Shown: positions 1 to 8,781, numbered from the stretch's first letter. The stretch: 41,777 nt of DNA from an uncultured Anaerolineaceae bacterium (GCA_964569445.1 CAZMVJ010000002.1:1-41777); one strand, 5' to 3'. Made by a program: numbers and translations. Notes: a model not told the origin generated them from the letters alone.

Positions 1-1007
1 TGACGACTCACACCGTCCTGATCGCCACAGGCTCCTCACCTTACCGTCCACCCAACATCCCCTTCGATCTCGAGAGCGTCTACGATTCGGACGAGATCCT
101 GACCATGGCCCGGCTCCCCGAGTCGATGGCCGTCGTCGGCGGAGGCGTCGTCGGCTCGGAGTACGCGTGCATCTTCACCGCCCTGGGTGTCCACGTGACC
201 CTGATCGAGTCGAAACCCCGGCTGCTTCCCTTCGTCGATCGCGAGATCGCCGGCCGGCTGCAATCCCAGCTTGAAAAACTGGGGGTGAGGTTGCGCTTCT
301 CAGAACGGGTGAGGCAGATACAGGCGGAGAACCGCCGAGTGCAGCTGACGCTCGAGAGCGGCGACGTCGTCGAAACCGAGGTAGCGCTGTTCGCCGCCGG
401 GCGAGTGAGCAGTATTGAGGGCCTGGGGTTGGAACCGTTGGGGATCCAGACGGCGGAGCGCGGTCGGGTGGTCGTGAATGAGAAGTTCCAGACCGCCGTG
501 CCCAACGTCTACGCCGCCGGAGACGTGGTCGGCTTCCCCGGGCTGGCTGCCACCTCCATGGAACAGGCGCGTGTGGCGATGGTCCACGCGTTCGACTTGG
601 AGTACAAACAGCGCGTGTCGCCGATCCTCCCCTTCGCCATCTACACCATCCCAGAGATCTCCATGGTCGGCATGAGCGAGGAGGATTGCGCCGAGAAGGG
701 CATCCCGTATCTTGTGGGACGTTCGTACTACGAGCGCAACCCGCGCGGCCTGATTGTCGGCGACGAAACCGGCATGGTGAAGCTGGTGTTCTCGCCTCCC
801 GATAAGAGGCTTCTCGGTGCTCACCTCGTCGGGGAGCAGGCGTCGGAGTTGGTTCACATCGCGGCGCACGTCATGGCCCAGGACGGGACCATCGACGCCT
901 TCATCGACGCGGTCTACAACTACCCTTCCCTGTCCGACTCGTACAAGTATGCGGCGTACGACGGGCTTGCAAACCTGCAGGCATGGCGCAACCGCGGGAC
1001 GGGATAA
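1..1007 (+). CDS. sthA: Soluble pyridine nucleotide transhydrogenase-like flavoprotein (class I pyridine nucleotide-disulfide oxidoreductase). The 5' end is cut by the window edge.
   Basis: Frame 3 is open from nt 3. The translation TTHTVLIATGSSPYRPPNIPFD...VVGGGVVGSEYACIF...AAGDVVGFPGLA...YTIPEISMVG...NYPSLSDSYKYAA is collinear with the SthA/UdhA NAD-binding and dimerisation domains. Stop at 1005-1007. Confidence 0.8.
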   Translation, partial: TTHTVLIATGSSPYRPPNIPFDLESVYDSDEILTMARLPESMAVVGGGVVGSEYACIFTALGVHVTLIESKPRLLPFVDREIAGRLQSQLEKLGVRLRFSERVRQIQAENRRVQLTLESGDVVETEVALFAAGRVSSIEGLGLEPLGIQTAERGRVVVNEKFQTAVPNVYAAGDVVGFPGLAATSMEQARVAMVHAFDLEYKQRVSPILPFAIYTIPEISMVGMSEEDCAEKGIPYLVGRSYYERNPRGLIVGDETGMVKLVFSPPDKRLLGAHLVGEQASELVHIAAHVMAQDGTIDAFIDAVYNYPSLSDSYKYAAYDGLANLQAWRNRGTG

Positions 1008-1010
1008 GAG

Positions 1011-1384
1011 AAGGCATCCCGGCCTTCGATCTGCAAGCGGTCTCGCATCGTCTTGGTGCTGTCCTACAAAGCCCTTCAGCCCTCGGCCCTCTGTCGAAGT
1101 TGCCCTTCGCTGTCGGGCTGGGCCGGGCCGCCCGCGCCATCGTATTGCAGAACCTCGTCCTTTCGATCTCAGCCGTAGGCTTGCTGATCCTGGCGGCGCT
1201 GACAGGGGTGATAGGGATCGGCGCCGTCGTCGCCCACGAGAGCGTAACCCTCGTTGTGGTCTTCAACGCCCTGCGGCTGCTTGGCTATCGGGCCCAGCGA
1301 CATGAAAGGCGGCGGCGTACCCCGGCGTCGAATAGGTACTGTCTGACCTTTCTGACCTTGGAGGTTCTTCAGTGGACCTGTTGA
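1011..1384 (+). pseudogene. Orphan 3' remnant of a heavy-metal P1B-type ATPase (only the last transmembrane helices).
   Basis: ORF 983..1384 reads ...LSKLPFAVGLGRAARAIVLQNLVLSISAVGLLILAALTGVIGIGAVVAHESVTLVVVFNALRLL. This is the conserved C-terminal TM pair of CadA/ZntA/CopA-type pumps. No actuator, DKTGT or nucleotide-binding part precedes it, because sthA ends at 1007. Confidence 0.5.
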
Positions 1385-1707
1385 CTGCCTTCGGCGCGCT
1401 GGCCGTTACTGTCATGCTGGTGTCATACGCGCTCGAGTCCCGATCCATAACCTGGTTCTTTGTATTCGCACTCGGGTGCGCCGCCTCCTCGCTGTACGGC
1501 GCCCTGGCCGGCACGTGGCCTTTTGCGGTGGTGGAGGGTGTCTGGGTTGTCGTTGCCTTGAGACGCTGGTCCGCGCAACGCCGGGCGAAGTTCGCGGCCC
1601 AGCCCTCCGCTCGCCTCTCGGGTCCCTCGGCTAATGTGGCTTGGCCTTCGATCAGGCAAGATACTTTAAGTCTGTTGCCTGGCCCTAGAAGACGGTCAAG
1701 GGTCTAG
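1372..1707 (+). CDS. Small hydrophobic membrane protein (2-3 TM helices), function unknown.
   Basis: GTG-initiated ORF with the helices LLTAFGALAVTVMLVSYAL, WFFVFALGCAASSLYGAL and PFAVVEGVWVVVAL. The 3' tail runs into intergenic repeat copy A, so the true C-terminus is uncertain. Confidence 0.45.
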   Translation: MDLLTAFGALAVTVMLVSYALESRSITWFFVFALGCAASSLYGALAGTWPFAVVEGVWVVVALRRWSAQRRAKFAAQPSARLSGPSANVAWPSIRQDTLSLLPGPRRRSRV

Positions 1708-1840
1708 GTCCGGCAGGCAGCCCAGAATCAGTAGCCCCTTACACGGAATCCGGTGAAAGGCGAGCAGGGGTCCTAATCGCCGCTGCCGAGTCCTGCAAGA
1801 CCCTCATGCTTGGCTTCGTGTCCCACCGTCGCCTCCTCAA
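1674..1840 (+). repeat. Intergenic repeat / candidate structured RNA family, copy A.
   Basis: gttgcctggccctagaagacggtcaagggtctaggtccggcaggcagcccagaatcag...acggaatccggtgaaaggcgagca...tcccaccgtcgcc is nearly identical over about 95 nt to 25627-25725. It shares the distal tcccaccgtcgcc block with 25824-25836. Possible closing helices are GACGGU(1691-1696)/ACCGUC(1825-1830) and GGGUCU(1700-1705)/AGACCC(1798-1803). Confidence 0.7.
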
Positions 1841-1844
1841 TAGC

Positions 1845-1905
1845 AGCCGTCAGCTTCTAGCTGTCAGCCGTCAGCGGCCCAAAGCAATTCAGATGGCTGA
1901 CGGCT
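1845..1905. other. Duplicated stem arm giving two mutually exclusive hairpins.
   Basis: agccgtcagc occurs at 1845-1854 and 1866-1875. Its perfect complement gctgacggct lies at 1896-1905, giving a 10-bp stem with either a 20-nt or a 41-nt loop. Confidence 0.5.
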
Positions 1906-2133
1906 TCCCCAAAGGCGGGTGAAGGTCTCCCGAAAGGCGGGAGGCCTTTATACGCCTTCTACGATTCAGTACAACGCGGGCGGGAGAACGAAGACGGTCA
2001 AGCGTGTTGGGCGCCCATTTCGGCCCAACCCGCGCCGCAGCGCGGCGGCCGCTCAGCCTCGTTTGGGGTCTTGTCTTGCGACCTGCGTCTGCCCACCGGC
2101 TTGCGCCGGCTCGAGCCCGAGGCGCGCATCCAC

Positions 2134-3267
2134 TCAAGGAGCCTGCCACACCCGCAAGAGCGCCACGATGTCCTGGATCTCCTCCGGCTTGAGGCGGCCG
2201 TCCCACGCCGGCATGCCTGCCTGGGGCCGTCCGCCCAGGATAAAGGCCAGCAGCGCCTCGTCGGAGAGGGATTGAACAATGACGTTTTCGGGCAGGGAAG
2301 GTCCGACACCCCCGGCGCCCTGCAGCCCGTGGCACACCTCGCAGTTGGCGGTGAAGAGCTGCTGCCCCTGTTGAGGGTCGCCGGCGGGCGCGGCTAGCGC
2401 GGCGGTGATCGCCTCGCCTGCACCATCGAGGTCACCGGCGGCGATTCGGCCCAGCGCCTCATTCAACATCTCAACCTGAGCCGCTGCGGCGACGCGCAGC
2501 GACGCCCGTAGATGGAATTCAGCGTCGAGGGCATCCTTGCGTTCGAGGGCGAACGTTGCCGCTTGGAGGTGCTCGCTGGCCGGCATGACCGCCGCTACCT
2601 GCTCCCCGCGGCGCCACGCCGCAATCAGCGCCACCAGGTCATCGATCTGCTCCGGAGAGAGGACCGTCCCCCATGTCGGCATGCCCTTGGCCGGCCGGCC
2701 GAAAGCGATGGTGTCGCGGAACCACTTGTCGTCGAACCGACCCAGCCGCGCCGGATCATTGAGGGCTGGCGCCGGACCGCCGCGACCTTCCGGCCCGTGA
2801 CACGCAAAGCACGTCGAGGCAAAGATCGTCGCGCCGCGCGAAGGGTCGGCGGCAGTTCGAGGCGCCTCGGCCACGGACGCCGTGGCCTGCCACCCGCGGA
2901 TGAACGCGACCAAATCGCGGATGTCCTCGTCCGTAAGGGGTCCGCCGTTGGCCTGACCCCAGGAAGGCATCGCCGTGCCGGGCACGCCGGATCGAATCAG
3001 AGACCACACCAGACCGTCCGTGACGCCGTCGAGGAAGGCCTTGTCGTTCAGCGCCGGGGCGGACACACCCTCCCCGTTGCGGCCGTGGCAGGCCACACAG
3101 TTCTCTTGAAACAGCCCCGCGCCACGCTCGGCCCGGTCGGCGTTGAGCTGCTGCGCGGCAGCGACCATGCGAGCGGGTTCGAACATCCAATAGACCCCGA
3201 ACGCCAGGACCACGGCCAAGGTCAGGCCGAACCCGATGCGCATGTGGCGATCGTAGCTCTCGACCAT
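2134..3267 (-). CDS. Membrane-anchored triheme c-type cytochrome (three class-I cytochrome c modules).
   Basis: N-terminal TM helix. Three CxxCH motifs (CVACH, CFACH, CEVCH), each followed by a GMPxW-type Met ligand region. The internal triplication is visible in the translation. It is the last gene of the bc cluster. Confidence 0.85.
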   Translation of the reverse strand: MVESYDRHMRIGFGLTLAVVLAFGVYWMFEPARMVAAAQQLNADRAERGAGLFQENCVACHGRNGEGVSAPALNDKAFLDGVTDGLVWSLIRSGVPGTAMPSWGQANGGPLTDEDIRDLVAFIRGWQATASVAEAPRTAADPSRGATIFASTCFACHGPEGRGGPAPALNDPARLGRFDDKWFRDTIAFGRPAKGMPTWGTVLSPEQIDDLVALIAAWRRGEQVAAVMPASEHLQAATFALERKDALDAEFHLRASLRVAAAAQVEMLNEALGRIAAGDLDGAGEAITAALAAPAGDPQQGQQLFTANCEVCHGLQGAGGVGPSLPENVIVQSLSDEALLAFILGGRPQAGMPAWDGRLKPEEIQDIVALLRVWQAP

Positions 3268-3270
3268 CGC

Positions 3271-3789
3271 TTAGACCTTCGCCACCTGGGACGGGTCGAA
3301 GCCCGCCCGCGTGATCAGCCGGCTGGTGTCGACCCAGACCTCGCCCTCGACAATCTCGACGGGAAAGGTGTCCAGAGGTCGTGGGGCCGGGCCGGCGAGC
3401 ACCTCGCCACGCGTGTTGAAGATCGAGCCGTGACAGGGACAGTTGAAGCGCGCTTCGGCTTTCACCCACGGCACGGTGCACCCAAGGTGGGTGCAGCGAT
3501 GCGACATCGCCAGCAGGCCTTCAGGAAGGCGAGAGACGTAGAACTGGCCCGCCGCCACGTGGCTCATGCTGCCGGTGAGAAATTCCTCGACCCGGCCCGC
3601 GCGCACCCGGCCCCCAAAGGCGCCGGGGTGCGGGATGGGGCGAAGGAACTGCCAGAGGGCGACGGCGACCTGGCCGACAAGAAGGGCCATTGCCAGCGAC
3701 CACAAACCCGCCAGAAACTGGCGCCGAGGGAGCGGCGACACCGATGGGAGATTCGAGGGACCGGGGTCCGAGGAGGTCGGGATTGTCAT
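3271..3789 (-). CDS. Rieske [2Fe-2S] subunit of a cytochrome bc-type complex.
   Basis: Twin-arginine-like RRQFLAG plus a TM anchor. Rieske boxes CTHLGC and CPCHGS. Confidence 0.9.
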   Translation of the reverse strand: MTIPTSSDPGPSNLPSVSPLPRRQFLAGLWSLAMALLVGQVAVALWQFLRPIPHPGAFGGRVRAGRVEEFLTGSMSHVAAGQFYVSRLPEGLLAMSHRCTHLGCTVPWVKAEARFNCPCHGSIFNTRGEVLAGPAPRPLDTFPVEIVEGEVWVDTSRLITRAGFDPSQVAKV

Positions 3790-3799
3790 GTCCGCTCCG

Positions 3800-4576
3800 T
3801 CACAAATTGTCGAGGGGGTTATAGCCGCCCGGCATGTCCCAGGGCCAGTACATCCTGAACCCGGGGCCGCGGAAGAAGAAACCGCTCACGGTCAGGACGA
3901 AGGCCGAGACGAGCATGACGGTGAACAGGACCAGGAGCAGCTCACGGCGCGAGGCCGGGATCGCCGAGCGCCGCGCCGCGGCTTGGACGACGATCACCGG
4001 CGCGGCGACGACGAGGGCCAGGGCTCCCGCCGGAATGAGCCATTGGGCGACGACATCCGGCGCGATGCCGCGCAGGGCTTCGCGCACGTTGAACCAGGTG
4101 TCCAGAATGATCAAGGCCGGTAGGGCGATCGCCGTGTAGATCGCCGAGTACGCGACGAGGCGCCGGCCGCGCCGTGAAGTGAACCAGATACCTGCGGAGT
4201 TGCGGTCCCGATCAAGGTAGGGCAACGCCACGAGGAACGCCACCAGGAGCGTGGGGATCACGACGCCGGCCAGCGTAGGATGCATGTGCTCAAGCATCTC
4301 TTGCAGGCCAAGGAAGTACCATGGCGCCTTGGCCGGGTTGGTCGTCACCGCGGGATTGGCCAATTCCTCGAGGGGGGCATTGCGCGCCACAGACAGCAAG
4401 AGCACCGCCAGGATCGAGCCCACCCCAAGCAGCAGCTCGAGCAGCGCCAGGACGGGGAAAGAGAAAACCGTGCCCTCGGGACCCTTGTCGGCCATGCGAG
4501 TCTCGGTGGGGACGACGGCCATCAGCCCGTAGGTCTTCTTCGGGTCCTCGGGGAAGATCGGGGGGTCACTCGCCAT
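3800..4576 (-). CDS. Cytochrome b C-terminal part / b6f subunit-IV-like membrane protein.
   Basis: The start was chosen at [14 protein letters not shown], with the SD GGGGAGGA 6 nt upstream. It overlaps the cytochrome b stop by 11 nt. It is polytopic, with a PEWYFL-like [17 protein letters not shown] motif. Confidence 0.8.
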   Translation of the reverse strand: MASDPPIFPEDPKKTYGLMAVVPTETRMADKGPEGTVFSFPVLALLELLLGVGSILAVLLLSVARNAPLEELANPAVTTNPAKAPWYFLGLQEMLEHMHPTLAGVVIPTLLVAFLVALPYLDRDRNSAGIWFTSRRGRRLVAYSAIYTAIALPALIILDTWFNVREALRGIAPDVVAQWLIPAGALALVVAAPVIVVQAAARRSAIPASRRELLLVLFTVMLVSAFVLTVSGFFFRGPGFRMYWPWDMPGGYNPLDNL

Positions 4577-5324
4577 CGAGGTCCTCCCCTGTCTCGCCGA
4601 CAGCCAAGCCGCCGTCCTTGCGGACGCGCCACAGGTGCAGGCTGATGAGGAGCGTGAGCGCCAGCGGGACGAGCATGATGTGCAGCGCATAGAACCGTGT
4701 GAGCGCCTCTTGGCCTACGTCGGCCCCCCCGACCAAGACGGTGCGCACCGTCGGTCCGAGCACCGGCGCGTAGCCGGCGATGTTGGTCCCGACCGTGATG
4801 GCCCAGAAGGACAATTGATCCCAGGGAAGCAGATAGCCGGTGAAACTGGCGAACAACGTCAGGAGCAGCAGGACAACGCCGACGACCCAGTTGAACTCGC
4901 GCGGGGGCTTGTAGGCGCCGGTGTAGAAGACGCGTGCCATATGCAGCGCCACCGCCACGACCATCAGGTGGGCGCTCCATCGATGCATGTTGCGCATGAG
5001 CTGCCCGAAGGGGATCCGAGTTTGCAGATCGACGATATCGGTGTAGGCGCGCTCGACGGAGGGGACGTAGTAGAACATGAGCAGCGTCCCCGTGAGGACG
5101 AGGATACCGAACAGGATGACCCCGATGACGCCGAGCCCGAAGGAATACGTCACGCGCAGGCTCTTCCGATTGACCTTCACGGGGTGGAGGTGGAAGAAAA
5201 GGTTCGTCGTCATCACCAGGGAGCGGTCGAGCGGGTTGTTGGGCCACCCGTGTCGGAAGAACGAGCGCCACACCGCGCTGGCGGTCAGCCGCTGGATGAT
5301 GGGGAGGGAGCGGAAGTTGCTCAT
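4566..5324 (-). CDS. Cytochrome b (b6-type N-terminal four-helix part).
   Basis: MSNFRSLP... start. Conserved heme-ligand His regions [19 protein letters not shown] and [11 protein letters not shown]. The WDQLSFWA motif is present. Confidence 0.9.
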   Translation of the reverse strand: MSNFRSLPIIQRLTASAVWRSFFRHGWPNNPLDRSLVMTTNLFFHLHPVKVNRKSLRVTYSFGLGVIGVILFGILVLTGTLLMFYYVPSVERAYTDIVDLQTRIPFGQLMRNMHRWSAHLMVVAVALHMARVFYTGAYKPPREFNWVVGVVLLLLTLFASFTGYLLPWDQLSFWAITVGTNIAGYAPVLGPTVRTVLVGGADVGQEALTRFYALHIMLVPLALTLLISLHLWRVRKDGGLAVGETGEDLDGE

Positions 5325-5465
5325 CGTCTCGGCACCTTGGGACTCAGGGGGAAAGCCTGGGACCGCCACGGGGCGTGGAAGGACCGCTCGGCCCGCGTTG
5401 CGGGGCCGGAACAACGCGAGGGCGCGATCGCCCGGAGGCCTGCCTGCCCCAACGGCTGATGGGGT

Positions 5466-7421
5466 TCAGACTTCGCCATAGGCAAGAATTTCCGAGAACG
5501 AGAACCTCTCCATGGTGATCGCTCCGGTGGGGCAACGTACGGCACACAACCCACAGCGCGTGCACAAGGCCTCATCCTTGATGATCGCCCCGCCATTCTG
5601 GCTGCCGGTGCCGAGGGCCACCCCCGCCCGCTTGTCGCCTTCGAGCTCCGCAACGTGCACGAGTTTGAGGCAGTTCCAAGGACACACGTCGACGCAGGCG
5701 CCGCACAAGATGCACTTGGTGGAGTCGAAGATCGTGTTGACCGCGCAATCCAGGCACCGCTCGGACTGGCGCCACGCTTGGTCCGGCTCATAGCCGGTTT
5801 CGACCTCGGCGATGCCGATCCGGCGATCCAAGGGAGTGGTTGGGACTTTCTCCCGGGCCAACCTCAAGTACCGAGGCGAGGAGACCCCGCGCTGCGGCAA
5901 GGCGGATCGGTGCATTTGCCCGGAGGGCTTAACACGCAAGGGCCGGCCCTGCAATTGGGCCTCGATCGAGCGCGCCGCCTTCTGTCCGTCGCGCACGGCT
6001 TCGATCAGGATGCGAGGCCCGTACACCACGTCGCCGCCAGCCCAGACGCCCGTCGCCGTCGTCGCCATGGTTTCGGGGTCCACGGCGATCAGGCCGCGTG
6101 CGGTAGCTTGAATGTCCTCCGCGCCTTCCAGGAACGCGAGATCGGCGTTTTGGCCGATGGCCAGGATGACCGAATCACAGGGCATGGGTTCTTCGGTGCC
6201 GGGGATGAAGCTCGGGTTGAATCGTCCCGAGGCGTCGAAGACCGACTTCACCCGGATGGTCTCGAGCGCGGCCACCTTCCCGGCTTGGCCAAGGATGCGG
6301 TTCGGGCCGCGACGGACGTGGATCTGGATGCCCTCCTCCTGGGCCTCGTCGATCTCGAGCCGGGAGGCGGGGAGTTCGTGCCAATCCTCGAGGGCGACCA
6401 TATGAACTTCGGCCGCGCCCAGTCGAATGGCCGTTCGGGCGACGTCGAAGGCCGAGTGCAAGATCTCGCCACCCCGCACCTCGGCGTCGTCCAGGTCGCG
6501 CAGCGTTTCGCGCGTTTGGTCAACCAAGCGGCGGAGGTCCCCCGGCGAGAGTCGGTGCGTATCCGCCTGCGCCAGTTGGGCGCGCAGCGCGGTGCGGGCC
6601 GCATCTACCGCGACGTTGCCGCCGCCGACGACGATCACCTTCGTGCCGAGATCGACGCGGTAGCCGCGATTGGCGTTCAGCAGGAAGTCCACCGCCTTGA
6701 ACACACCATCGAGGTCCACGCCCTCGATGCGAAGGTCGCGGCCCTTTCGCAAGCCGGCGCCGAGGAAGACGGCGTCATAGTCCCGCCGGAGCTGGGCAAA
6801 GCTGACATCCTCGCCGACGGCCACGCCCAGTCGGAGCTCCACGCCCAGGTCGAGGATGGCCCGGATCTCCTCGTCCAGGAGTTCTCGTCCAAGCCGGTAG
6901 AGCGGAACGCCCTGGAGGAGCATACCCCCGGGTGCGTCGGACGCCTCGAACACGGTGACCTGGTGGCCGAGCAGCGCCAGATCATGGGCGGCGCCAAGGC
7001 CGGCAGGGCCGGAGCCGACAACGGCGACACGGCCCAGGCGGCGCCCCGGCGTGGCCGCCAGTCGTTTGAGCGCCGAGCGATCGTGCTGGGTTGCGGAGGA
7101 TCCGGGGGGACTGTCGGCCCCGACCGGCCGCGCAGACTCCACGCCGTGGCGTTCGGTGACGAATCGCTTCAGCGGGCGGATGGCAATCGGCGCGTCGAGG
7201 AAGCCGCGGCGGCAGGCCTCCTCGCAGGGTGCGGCGCAGATGCGGCCGCAGATCGAGGCGAAGGGGTTGGACTCCCGCGCCAGGCGGTAGGCCAGCTCGG
7301 TGTCGCCGGCGGCAATGGCCGTGACATAGCCGCGCGCGTCGGTTCGGACGGGACAGGCCGCTTGGCACCGAATGGCGCGCTGATAGTAGGCTAGGTCAGG
7401 AGCCTCGACGCGGTAGGTCAT
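5466..7421 (-). CDS. GltD/SudA-like NAD(P)H-dependent Fe-S flavoprotein with a C-terminal 2x[4Fe-4S] ferredoxin domain.
   Basis: N-terminal Cys cluster CQAACPV...ICGRICAAPCEEAC. Dinucleotide fold VAVVGSGPAGLGAAHDL. Second fold VIVVGGGNVAVD. C-terminal CILCGACVDVCP and CTRCGLCAVRCP. Confidence 0.8.
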   Translation of the reverse strand: MTYRVEAPDLAYYQRAIRCQAACPVRTDARGYVTAIAAGDTELAYRLARESNPFASICGRICAAPCEEACRRGFLDAPIAIRPLKRFVTERHGVESARPVGADSPPGSSATQHDRSALKRLAATPGRRLGRVAVVGSGPAGLGAAHDLALLGHQVTVFEASDAPGGMLLQGVPLYRLGRELLDEEIRAILDLGVELRLGVAVGEDVSFAQLRRDYDAVFLGAGLRKGRDLRIEGVDLDGVFKAVDFLLNANRGYRVDLGTKVIVVGGGNVAVDAARTALRAQLAQADTHRLSPGDLRRLVDQTRETLRDLDDAEVRGGEILHSAFDVARTAIRLGAAEVHMVALEDWHELPASRLEIDEAQEEGIQIHVRRGPNRILGQAGKVAALETIRVKSVFDASGRFNPSFIPGTEEPMPCDSVILAIGQNADLAFLEGAEDIQATARGLIAVDPETMATTATGVWAGGDVVYGPRILIEAVRDGQKAARSIEAQLQGRPLRVKPSGQMHRSALPQRGVSSPRYLRLAREKVPTTPLDRRIGIAEVETGYEPDQAWRQSERCLDCAVNTIFDSTKCILCGACVDVCPWNCLKLVHVAELEGDKRAGVALGTGSQNGGAIIKDEALCTRCGLCAVRCPTGAITMERFSFSEILAYGEV

Positions 7422-7446
7422 GCCGCCGAGTTCGGGAGCGAGGGGG

Positions 7447-7854
7447 TCACTTGACCATGATCTCTTGGAACATGCCGGCCTCGTAGTGACCGGGCACGTA
7501 GCAAGAGAACTCCAGCCCCGATCCCACGGCGCTCTCGATGAATGTGAATTCCATCGTCTTCGTGGCGCCGGGGGGCAAATCGTCTTGCTCGATCCTCATC
7601 AGCGCCAGCTCGTCCATCTCCTCCATCGCCATGGCACCCGTGCTTCTGGGTGTGATCATGACCTCGTGGGGCACGGCCCCGGCGTTGGTGACGACGAAAC
7701 GATAGGGAACGCCGGCCTCGAAGGTGGTGAGAGAGGACTCGATCTTGAACTCGGTAAGGGCGATCTGAACCTCCGCCGGCCCCGAGGGCTTGGGCGCGCA
7801 GGCAGCAAGGAGGAGACCCGCAACAACCAGGAGAAGAACCTTCGTTCTGAGCAT
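7447..7854 (-). CDS. Cupredoxin-like (type-1 copper) lipoprotein.
   Basis: Internal start MLRTKVLLL with the SD AAGGAGG 7 nt upstream. Lipobox LLAAC. Candidate copper ligands are HEV...CYVPGHYEAGM (Cys-His-Met spacing). Confidence 0.8.
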   Translation of the reverse strand: MLRTKVLLLVVAGLLLAACAPKPSGPAEVQIALTEFKIESSLTTFEAGVPYRFVVTNAGAVPHEVMITPRSTGAMAMEEMDELALMRIEQDDLPPGATKTMEFTFIESAVGSGLEFSCYVPGHYEAGMFQEIMVK

Positions 7855-8157
7855 TGCTATGACCTCCTTGAACAGGGCTTCGGAAGGAACGGGCATGGGC
7901 GCGCCGAGAGGGCAACTCGGGCTGCGGGCGCCGAGGTGGCTGGAGGTTCTCCCCAGGTCTCCCGCAAGGTCTTCGTGATATGGAAGGGCCCCCGAAGGCG
8001 GCGCTCAGGTGCGGGGCTCCTGTTGTGGGCACGATCCTCACTCTAAGTTTGCGGGGATGGCGGCTCTAGTGCCACTTGTCACGCAAGGGGGTGAAATTTG
8101 TCGTATTGCCCGGGAGGTCCGGATTGCGGCTGGCTAGATCGCAATCGGGAGACCCCT

Positions 8158-8547
8158 TTACTTGGGCGTCCCTGTTGGCAAGAGCGGACGGTGCGTCCTG
8201 GTGACGAGCATCGCCTGCGTGCCCCCCTGCTCCATGGGTCCACCCATGTACCTGTGGGGTTCAGCATCAAAGGCCTTCTTGCACCCCGGGCTGCAGAAGT
8301 AGTATGTCTTGCCCATATGCTCTGACTTCAACGCTGCCGTTCTTTCGTCCATGTCCATTGCACAAACTGGGTCCTTGGCAATGATCGTTCTCTCTTCACG
8401 TTGCGAGTCCGGCCGGGTTTCCTCCCATCCATGCTGCCCCTCCACCGCTGAGCCGCGGGAGGAACGGCCAGGAAGGGAGAATCGCTCCAACGACAGCGGG
8501 CAGGACGGTTGATGGTTCCGTGCTTCGCATATCGTCGGCCGAGGCAA
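8158..8547 (-). CDS. YHS/TRASH-domain metal-binding protein (N-terminus uncertain).
   Basis: DPVCAMDMDE...GKTYYFCSPGCKKAFDAEP is a YHS domain. The first about 60 codons of the ORF look non-native. An alternative GTG lies at 8457. Confidence 0.6.
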   Translation of the reverse strand: MPRPTICEARNHQPSCPLSLERFSLPGRSSRGSAVEGQHGWEETRPDSQREERTIIAKDPVCAMDMDERTAALKSEHMGKTYYFCSPGCKKAFDAEPHRYMGGPMEQGGTQAMLVTRTHRPLLPTGTPK

Positions 8548-8781
8548 GCTATCCCATCACAGGGATCGAACACGCGCCACCAGGAAGGCCTCCGTTAACA
8601 CGTGAGACAGTGTGGTTCTGCGGTTCGCTGCGACCTGGGCCTTGAGCGCGGGGCCGGCAGACTAAGCGCCACGGTGACAAAGGGGTCTGGGCAGTTCGCC
8701 TCTGCTTCCTGATTCCACTTTTCACCAATGCCCGGGAGGTGGTTCTCGGGACCCGATGTCGCGCGATCTCTTGCACCTCGC

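Noticed and set aside
983-1010. An intact small gene starting at ATG 983 that overlaps the sthA end.
   Set aside because: The only recognisable content is the terminal helices of a P-type ATPase. It is better explained as a pseudogene remnant than as a functional 133-aa protein.
1707-1770. Possible cobalamin riboswitch (GGAAUCCGGUGAAAGGC) or SRP RNA (GGUCCGGCAGGCAGCC) similarity in the repeat core.
   Set aside because: The B12 box (GCCACUG) and the conserved AGGGAA context are missing. The SRP-like stretch lacks the GNAR tetraloop and symmetric-loop context. Multiple copies with no consistent downstream gene argue against both.
1707-1775. The minus strand of the repeat core reads GGGGCUACUGAUUCUGGGCUGCC, which resembles the 5' end of tmRNA (GGGGCUGAUUCUGG...).
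   Set aside because: There is no tRNA-like 3' end (T-arm, CCA-proximal acceptor), no tag reading frame, and the element is present in multiple copies. The resemblance is limited to about 15 nt.
2512-3858. Long plus-strand ORF (448 aa), and similar ones at 5655..7394 (579 aa), 12499..13527, 15130..16080 and 30493..32313.
   Set aside because: They lie antisense to or overlapping genes with clear family signatures (cytochrome c/Rieske, GltD-like, ABC ATPases, permease, TrxR fusion). Their translations are Arg/Gly/Pro/Ala-rich with no motifs. They are typical shadow ORFs of GC-rich DNA.
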